Shown: in pieces, positions 17,992-23,956 of the stretch
Position numbering within the stretch: position 1 is the first letter of the stretch
Layout of the letters: every line of letters starts with the position of its first letter
NCBI GenBank assembly: GCA_040770465.1
Contig: JAXGJB010000040.1
Span: 1-23,956 of the forward strand
Source: Methanothrix sp.
Lineage (GTDB): Archaea; Halobacteriota; Methanosarcinia; Methanotrichales; Methanotrichaceae
Direction of reading: 5' to 3'
DNA: 23,956 nt
Position numbers and translations under genes: made by a program
Notes under the pieces: generated by a model
What the model saw: only the letters and a program-made list of their open reading frames with translations
The model's database searches: none
Told to the model about the DNA's origin: nothing

Positions 17992-19715
17992 GCACGGGCA
18001 AAGTTCATAGAGTTGCCGGGCCGGTGGTGCAGGCTACAGGTCTTAAATCTCACATGTACGACCTGGTCCTGGTCGGCGAAGAGGGGCTGATGAGCGAGAT
18101 CATCGGCATCGCCGGGGACAAACACGTCATTCAGGTATACGAGGATACTGCAGGCGTTAAGCCGGGCGAGCCTGTCAAGGAGACGGGAGCACCGCTGGTA
18201 GCACAACTCGGTCCAGGAATTCTTACCTCTATCTATGACGGTATCCAGAGACCTCTCCCCCAGCTGGTGGAGGCTTCTGGAAACTTCATCAGCAGAGGTC
18301 TTTTCGTTGATGGTATCGACCACAAGAAGAAGTGGGAGTTCACTCCGGTCGCAAAGAAGGGTGACAAGGTTGAGCCCGGACAGACCCTAGGTACGGTCCA
18401 GGAGCAACTACTCATCAAGCACAAGATCATGATGCCCCCGGGCAAACAGGGCACGGTTAAGGAGATCAAGTCCGGAAACTTCACCGTCGATGAGACGATC
18501 TGCGTGCTTGAGGACGGAACCGAGCTTCCCATGATACAGTACTGGCCGGTCCGAAGAGCCAGGCCTTCGAGGTCCAAAGAGGCCCCGTCCATCCCCCTGA
18601 GGACTGGACAGAGGGTCATCGACGGGTTCTTCTCCCTGGCCAAGGGCGGAACTGCAGCCATCCCCGGCGGGTTTGGCACCGGGAAGACTGTAATGCAGCA
18701 GACCCTCTCCAAGTGGTCTGACGTCGACATCGTCGTCTACGTCGGCTGCGGCGAGCGCGGCAACGAGATGGCCGACCTGCTTCATGAGTTCCCCGAGCTT
18801 GTGGACCCCAGGACCGACAGGCCCCTGATGGAGAGGTCCATCGTCTACGCCAACACCTCCAACATGCCCGTGGCCGCGAGAGAGGCTTCAATCTACACCG
18901 GGATCACCACCGCCGAGTACTATAGAGACATGGGATTCGACGTGATGATGACCGCCGACTCCACCTCTCGGTGGGCCGAGGCTATGAGAGAGCTCTCCAG
19001 CCGTCTTGAAGAGATGCCTGGTGAGGAAGGATATCCCGCTTACCTCGGAGCGAGGCTCGCCGACTTCTACGAGAGGTCCGGCAGAGTGACCACTCTCGAG
19101 GGGACCGAGGGTTCCGTCAGCATAGTTGGTGCTGTCAGCCCGCCCGGCGGAGACTTCACCGAGCCCGTCACTCAGAACACCCTCCGTATCACCAAGGTAT
19201 TCTGGGCCCTCGACTCTAAGCTCACTCAGAGGCGTCACTTCCCGTCCATCAACTGGTTGGACAGCTACTCCCTCTACGACCAGACCCTCGAGCCCTGGTT
19301 CGTTGAGAACGTATCTGCCGACTGGAACAAGAACAAGAGGCGTGCCATGGAGATTCTCCAGGAGAACGCCGAGCTGGAAGAGATCGTGATGCTGGTCGGG
19401 TCCGACGCTCTGCCAGAGGATCAGCAGCTGACCCTTGAGGTCGCGAGGATGATCATCAACTTCTGGCTGGCTCAGAGCGCGTTCCACCCGGTGGACACCT
19501 TCTGTCCCTACAAGAAGCAGTTCGACCTCCTCAAGGCGATCCTCTCGTTCAGGGACCAGGCCTTCGAGGCTCTTGCCCGCGGCGTGCCCACCGATGTGAT
19601 CCTCGGAACTCCCTCAAAGGACGCCCTGGCCAAGGTCAGGCTGCTTGAGGACTACGAGCCCGAGCTTGCGAAGGTGCTGGCTCAGATGGAGAGCGAGTTC
19701 AAGACGATGTCATGA
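17982..19715 (+). CDS. atpA: A1AO ATP synthase catalytic subunit A
   Basis: Walker A GGFGTGKT, GCGERGNEM, NTSNMPVAAREAS, DSTSRWAEA, SPPGGDFTEPVT; 577 aa, no intein. Confidence 0.98.
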   Translation: MEVGTGKVHRVAGPVVQATGLKSHMYDLVLVGEEGLMSEIIGIAGDKHVIQVYEDTAGVKPGEPVKETGAPLVAQLGPGILTSIYDGIQRPLPQLVEASGNFISRGLFVDGIDHKKKWEFTPVAKKGDKVEPGQTLGTVQEQLLIKHKIMMPPGKQGTVKEIKSGNFTVDETICVLEDGTELPMIQYWPVRRARPSRSKEAPSIPLRTGQRVIDGFFSLAKGGTAAIPGGFGTGKTVMQQTLSKWSDVDIVVYVGCGERGNEMADLLHEFPELVDPRTDRPLMERSIVYANTSNMPVAAREASIYTGITTAEYYRDMGFDVMMTADSTSRWAEAMRELSSRLEEMPGEEGYPAYLGARLADFYERSGRVTTLEGTEGSVSIVGAVSPPGGDFTEPVTQNTLRITKVFWALDSKLTQRRHFPSINWLDSYSLYDQTLEPWFVENVSADWNKNKRRAMEILQENAELEEIVMLVGSDALPEDQQLTLEVARMIINFWLAQSAFHPVDTFCPYKKQFDLLKAILSFRDQAFEALARGVPTDVILGTPSKDALAKVRLLEDYEPELAKVLAQMESEFKTMS

Positions 19716-19727
19716 GGGTGGTTATCA

Positions 19728-21110
19728 ATGACCAAGGAGTACAAGACAATTAACGAGATCAAGGGCCCTCTGCTCTTCGTCGAGAAGACCGAGCCCATAG
19801 GTTTCAACGAGCTTGTGGAGATCCGAACCGAGACTGGTGAGATGAAGAGAGGTCAGGTTCTGGACACCTCCAACGAAGTCGTCGTCGTCCAGGTGTTTGA
19901 GGGAACCGGCGGCCTCGGGAAGGAGAGCTCCGTCAAGTTCACCGGAGACGTGATCAAGATGCCCCTCTCTCCCGACATCATCGGGAGAGTTCTCTCCGGA
20001 TCTGGCCAGCCCCGAGACGGCGGCCCGCCAATCGTCCCCGACGTGGCAAGAGACATCGCCGGTGCGGCCATCAACCCCGCCGCTAGAGAGAAGCCCAGAG
20101 CTTTCATCCAGACTGGAATCTCCACCATCGACGGGACCAACACCCTCGTCCGTGGCCAGAAGCTGCCCATCTTCTCCGGCGCAGGTCTTCCCCACAACGA
20201 CGTGGCTCTGCAGATCGCCCGTCAGGCCAAGGCCCTCGGAGAGGCCGAGTCCTTCGCCGTCGTCTTCTGCGCCATGGGGATCACCAACGAGGAAGCTCAG
20301 CACTTCATGGCCGACTTCGAGAGGACCGGAGCCCTGGAGAGGGCCGTCGTCTTCCTGAACCTGGCTGACGACCCCGCTGTCGAGCGGCTGCTCACCCCCA
20401 GGCTGGGGCTGACCACCGCCGAGTACCTCGCCTTCGACCTAGACATGCACGTGCTGGTCATTTACACCGACATGACCAACTACTGCGAGGCCATGAGACA
20501 GATGGGAGCGGCTCGTGAAGAGGTGCCCGGCCGAAGAGGATACCCCGGTTACATGTACACCGACCTCGCCATCCAGTACGAGCGGGCGGGAATCATAACC
20601 GGCAAGAAGGGGTCAATCACCCAGTTCCCCATCCTCACCATGCCCGGCGACGACATCACCCACCCGATACCTGACCTCAGCGGCTACATCACCGAGGGTC
20701 AGCTCATCGTATCTCGTGAGCTTCACCGAAAGGGCATCTATCCGCCCATCGACATCAGACCATCCCTCAGCAGGCTGATGAACTCCGGTATCGGTGCAGG
20801 TCACACTCGAGAGGACCACAGGGCGGTATCAGACCAGCTCTACGCCTACTACGCAGAGGGCTGCGATCTCCGAGGCCTGGTGGCCATCGTCGGTAAGGAA
20901 GCTCTCTCTGAGAGAGACAGGCTCGTCCTGGAGTTCGCCGACGCCTTCGAGCGGAGGTTCGTCAACCAGGGCAGAGACGAGGACCGGACGATCTTCGATA
21001 CTCTGGACATCGGATGGAACCTTCTCCAGGCCCTTCCCGAGACGATGCTCACCAGGATCGACGACCACCTCATCAAGAAGTACCACCCCAGGTACAGGAA
21101 GAAAGAGTGA
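19728..21110 (+). CDS. atpB: A1AO ATP synthase subunit B
   Basis: [43 protein letters not shown]; 460 aa. Confidence 0.98.
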   Translation: MTKEYKTINEIKGPLLFVEKTEPIGFNELVEIRTETGEMKRGQVLDTSNEVVVVQVFEGTGGLGKESSVKFTGDVIKMPLSPDIIGRVLSGSGQPRDGGPPIVPDVARDIAGAAINPAAREKPRAFIQTGISTIDGTNTLVRGQKLPIFSGAGLPHNDVALQIARQAKALGEAESFAVVFCAMGITNEEAQHFMADFERTGALERAVVFLNLADDPAVERLLTPRLGLTTAEYLAFDLDMHVLVIYTDMTNYCEAMRQMGAAREEVPGRRGYPGYMYTDLAIQYERAGIITGKKGSITQFPILTMPGDDITHPIPDLSGYITEGQLIVSRELHRKGIYPPIDIRPSLSRLMNSGIGAGHTREDHRAVSDQLYAYYAEGCDLRGLVAIVGKEALSERDRLVLEFADAFERRFVNQGRDEDRTIFDTLDIGWNLLQALPETMLTRIDDHLIKKYHPRYRKKE

Positions 21111-21114
21111 GATC

Positions 21115-21861
21115 ATGGCCGTAATCAGAGGGACGAAGCCGACCAGGGCAGTCCTTATCGCCCTCAAGAGGAGGATCAAGGTCGCTCAGATGGGTCACAA
21201 TCTTCTGAAAATGAAGCGTGACGGTCTGATGATCGAATTTTTTGAGGTCCTCACCCAGGCGAAAACGATCCGTCAGGAGCTGGTCGAGGACTTCATCAGA
21301 TCTCAGCAGAGCCTCAACATGGCCAAGGCCTCTGAGGGCGCGCTCGCGATCAAGAGCGTCGCCTTCGCCCTCCAGAAAGAACCGGCTATAGAGCTGGAAA
21401 GCAGGAACATCATGGGCGTCGTTGTGCCGAAGATTACGGCAGATTCTGTGCAAAAGCAGATGTTCGAGCGTGGATACGGCATCATCGGTACGAGCGCTGC
21501 CATCGACGAAGCTGCTGAGGCCTACGAGAGCCTTGTGGACAAGATCATCACCGCTGCAGAGGTGGAGACCGCACTGATTAAGCTAGTGGAAGACATTGAC
21601 GCCACCAAGAGACGAGTTAACGCTCTGGAGTTCAAAGTGATCCCCGACATCCACGACACAGTCCGGTTCATCGGCTTCGCTCTGGAAGAGATGGAGAGAG
21701 ACAACCTCGTCAAGCTGAAGATGCTGAAAGGCAAGGCCCAGAGGGCCGAGAAGGCAGCAGAGGCCGAGGCCAAGAGGGCAGCTATAGAGGGATCCGGAAC
21801 CGAGCCCATGGGGCCGGGTAGCGGAAAGTCGAAGGGCCTGCCCAAGACAGAGGCGGCTTAA
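21115..21861 (+). CDS. atpD: A1AO ATP synthase subunit D, with C-terminal extension
   Basis: KPTR, GHNLLKMKRDGL, NIMGVVVP, TKRRVNALE, LEEMER. True start is ATG 21115 (248 aa), just after the atpB stop. Confidence 0.95.
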   Translation: MAVIRGTKPTRAVLIALKRRIKVAQMGHNLLKMKRDGLMIEFFEVLTQAKTIRQELVEDFIRSQQSLNMAKASEGALAIKSVAFALQKEPAIELESRNIMGVVVPKITADSVQKQMFERGYGIIGTSAAIDEAAEAYESLVDKIITAAEVETALIKLVEDIDATKRRVNALEFKVIPDIHDTVRFIGFALEEMERDNLVKLKMLKGKAQRAEKAAEAEAKRAAIEGSGTEPMGPGSGKSKGLPKTEAA

Positions 21862-21876
21862 GTTCGGCGTTGATAT

Positions 21877-22053
21877 ATGCCCAACCTGCTTGAACGAAAG
21901 GCAGAAGAGTGGTTTGGAACCCCCGAGAAGAAGGCACGACTGCTACAGTGGCTCGTGTACATCTCGAACCTGTACGTGCTCCTCGGGGTGTTCGTCCTCA
22001 TTTACGTTCTGTACGGCGATCATCTGATCGCCCTCTGGAACTCGCTGAGGTGA
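21877..22053 (+). CDS. 58-aa single-TM microprotein, last gene of the ATP synthase operon (positional analogue of Methanosarcina ahaG)
   Basis: Translated by hand: MPNLLERKAEEWFGTPEKKARLLQWLVYISNLYVLLGVFVLIYVLYGDHLIALWNSLR*. Starts 15 nt after the atpD stop, has GC3-rich codons and ends before the operon terminator. Confidence 0.8.
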   Translation: MPNLLERKAEEWFGTPEKKARLLQWLVYISNLYVLLGVFVLIYVLYGDHLIALWNSLR

Positions 22054-22061
22054 CGAAGGGA

Positions 22062-22122
22062 TGAGGTGGACCTGGAAACCCCAACCAGCTCGGGGACCAG
22101 GTTCGCTCAACTCCTATTTTTT
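22062..22122 (+). terminator. Stem-loop plus T6 terminator of the ATP synthase operon
   Basis: GTGGACCTGG...CCCC/GGGG...CCAGGTTCGC stem (two G-U pairs), then TTTTTT at 22117-22122. Confidence 0.65.
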
Positions 22123-22186
22123 ATGAAGTGTGATATTATATGAAGGCCGCTGATCGAAACGCCGGAGGGGATGCTGTTAAATGGTG

Positions 22187-22375
22187 TTCCACCTGCGGCT
22201 AAGCTGTGGCGACGACAGAGGATAACTTGTCTGCGAAGCAGAAGTTGCTGAACGCATGGTGCAAACTATCACTCTCGTTTGCGCTAAGCAATCCGTAAGA
22301 TATAATAAAGAGACCTAAGAAGAAACTTCTCAAGTTGGTTGTCCTATCGTTCAACCGCTAAGCTCGTTGTTGGAT
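22187..22375 (-). other. Long imperfect fold-back resembling a degenerate integron attC site
   Basis: Nested arms on the + strand: TTCCACC (22187)/GTTGGAT (22369), AGGATAAC (22219)/GTTGTCCT (22338), AGAAGTT (22240)/AACTTCT (22324), TGGTGCAAAC (22257)/GTTTGCGCTA (22277). GCTAAGC L-box-like heptamers lie next to both cores. Confidence 0.4.
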
Positions 22376-22394
22376 AGCACAAGAGGATATATGT

Positions 22395-23010
22395 ATGGAT
22401 CAAGACTTAGGAACGCAATTGATAAAGCAGGTTGAAGACTACCTCACCCCAAGACTCAAACTCGACGCTCATGAAAAGAGCATTTATTATTATGTATTGC
22501 GACATTCAAGATTAATCGGAAAAGATGAAACTGTGATATCTATTCCACAATTGTCGGGAGCTCTTAATTGCTCTAAAAGCCCGATAAAAAGTCGATTGAG
22601 ATCGCTTGCTGAAAAAGGTCTAATCAATACTATAGATACTGGTTGGGCTGGGACGAAAATCTCAGTATTTTTACCTTCTGAAATCATTGGCGCGCTGCCC
22701 GAAGATGTACCGGATAAACCTATTGATATTGAGGTTATTGATTTCTATTCAGATACAAGATTTAGGAAAGCAATTTTTGACCGTGAAGGTGGTCGATGTT
22801 TTTATTGTCTTCGTGATTTAACAACTGAAAACAGTGGTCTCGATCACATCGAAGCCCAAGCAAACGGTGAAGATAATAGCTATAGAAATGTTGTTGCTGC
22901 TTGTCATTCCTGTAACTCATCAAAGTGTAGTGCGTTGTCAAGATGAGTTCGAAGAAAGAATGAATAAACTTCAATTAATTAAAAGCGGAGAACTAATACC
23001 TGATATTTGA
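22395..23010 (+). pseudogene. wHTH + HNH endonuclease, apparently frameshifted near the 3' end
   Basis: N-terminal helix-turn-helix (ISIPQLSGALNCSKSPIKSRLRSLAEKGLI); HNH core CFYC..LDHI..N..NVVAACHSCNSSK. ORF stops at 22946, but the +1 frame at 22939-23010 reads QDEFEERMNKLQLIKSGELIPDI*. AT-rich. Confidence 0.65.
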
Positions 23011-23026
23011 ACTTTTATTCTCTACC

Positions 23027-23112
23027 GGCTTTGCACCCAAACTCACCTTTTGACCCGAATTTAGGTGCATACTTCATACTTTAGGTGGAAACGCGACTTT
23101 AGGTGCAAAGCC
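23027..23112. mobile_element. 86-bp MITE with terminal inverted repeats and 9-bp target-site duplication
   Basis: TIRs GGCTTTGCACCCAAA (23027-23041) / TTTAGGTGCAAAGCC (23098-23112), 14/15 match. Flanks TTCTCTACC (23018-23026) and TTCTATACC (23113-23121), 8/9 match. TTTAGGTG occurs 3 times (23060, 23080, 23098). Confidence 0.8.
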
Positions 23113-23220
23113 TTCTATACCATCTAACCTGTAACGGATGTAGACGTAATAAACATATCAAAAATTTTAGTTTTATAATTTCAGAGATCGATTATCCTTA
23201 ACTGCCTCAGACTATCCGAC

Positions 23221-23956
23221 TCAATCATTCTCATCGGTCCCGACCTTTGAGGAGGCTACAACCTCCTTCCGCTGGGCGATCCTGTAGCCGCAGATCACCT
23301 GCCGCTTTCCTGAGATCGTCTCGTCGAGATCAACGTCGCCAGTGTCGACGAAAAGGCGGTCCGTCTCCTTCAGCTTGTGAGGTGTGGCGACGATGATGAG
23401 GTTTTCTGGCCCCGCTTTTCGGAGGACTTCGGGGCTGATCTGCTGGCTTCCCCTCCCCAGGACGAAGCCCTGGGCGCCGATGGGGCTGACTATGATCTTA
23501 ACCTCTCTCACCTCGTCGATGATTCGGAGGAGGTCCCGTTCCGATGCGTCGCGGCAGATAACTCGGCCGTCTTTCACGACGTCCACTCCGAGGAGGGTCT
23601 TCTTGACCCCCAGGACTTCGGCGATCTTGGCGGTGGTGGTACCAGCCCCCAGGATGTAAGCCGAGCCGTCTCGCATGAACTCCGAGGCGAAGATCGCGAT
23701 CTCTTCTTTGAACTCCTCCTCGGAGCTGGCGGAATAGATCTGTTTTCTCTCCTGGACCAGGGCGGGCTGGTAGGGGGTCCTTGCTATCCCGTAGATCTTG
23801 GTATCGAGGGTCCCGGCCCGGTACTTCTCCTCGTCGACGTCCACGATCTCGGTCTCCCTCACATTTAGATCCCCTTCCAGGTATCCCCGGATCAGATCGC
23901 TCGCTGCTTTTGGGCTGATGGCGAAGACCCCCGAGTGCATCTTGACGCCCGCGGGT
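23221..23956 (-). CDS. ATP-NAD kinase family protein (COG3199/AcoX-like), 5'-partial
   Basis: Frame stays open to the window edge (PAGVKMHSGVFA); TLLGVD, IGAQGFVLGRGSQQIS, VDTGD motifs. Confidence 0.85.
   Translation of the reverse strand, partial: PAGVKMHSGVFAISPKAASDLIRGYLEGDLNVRETEIVDVDEEKYRAGTLDTKIYGIARTPYQPALVQERKQIYSASSEEEFKEEIAIFASEFMRDGSAYILGAGTTTAKIAEVLGVKKTLLGVDVVKDGRVICRDASERDLLRIIDEVREVKIIVSPIGAQGFVLGRGSQQISPEVLRKAGPENLIIVATPHKLKETDRLFVDTGDVDLDETISGKRQVICGYRIAQRKEVVASSKVGTDEND

Noticed and set aside
17982-21110. Inteins in ATP synthase subunits A/B
   Set aside because: Lengths are normal and motifs are contiguous.
20794-21114. 107-aa N-terminal extension of atpD in the ORF track
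   Set aside because: Out-of-frame overlap with atpB; the real start is ATG 21115.
22140-22298. Short ORF MKAADRNAGGDAVKWCSTCG* with an open continuation (possible zinc-finger remnant)
   Set aside because: Only 20 aa with one CxxC, no recognisable family, and it overlaps the fold-back element.
22395-22946. HNH gene as IscB/Cas9-like, or as an intron homing endonuclease
   Set aside because: No RuvC or PLMP motifs, too short, and it does not interrupt a host gene.

Overview
GC-rich archaeal DNA, most like an acetoclastic Methanotrichaceae (Methanothrix/Methanocrinis-type) methanogen; this is inferred from gene content and style. Left to right the window holds: (1) ribose-1,5-bisphosphate isomerase; (2) two secreted or surface proteins, one with PGF-CTERM; (3) a minus-strand run of FBP aldolase/phosphatase, a 4x[4Fe-4S] subunit, a GOR-like tungsten oxidoreductase, a PfkB kinase, a class I aldolase, a GlmU-like nucleotidyltransferase and a YyaL/SSP411 protein; (4) a divergent, catalytically intact form III RuBisCO; (5) a complete A1AO ATP synthase operon (H-I-K-E-C-F-A-B-D) followed by a 58-aa membrane microprotein that the ORF track missed; (6) a ~1.1 kb AT-rich islet; (7) the 3' part of a COG3199 NAD-kinase-like gene. 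The islet holds a frameshifted wHTH-HNH gene with integron-cassette-like boundaries (a degenerate attC-like fold-back and complementary GTTRRRY/RYYYAAC cores) and an 86-bp MITE with a 9-bp target duplication. The strongest candidates for something new are the RuBisCO/GOR/PfkB/aldolase/FBPase cluster and the cassette-like islet. No rRNA, tRNA or CRISPR array was seen.
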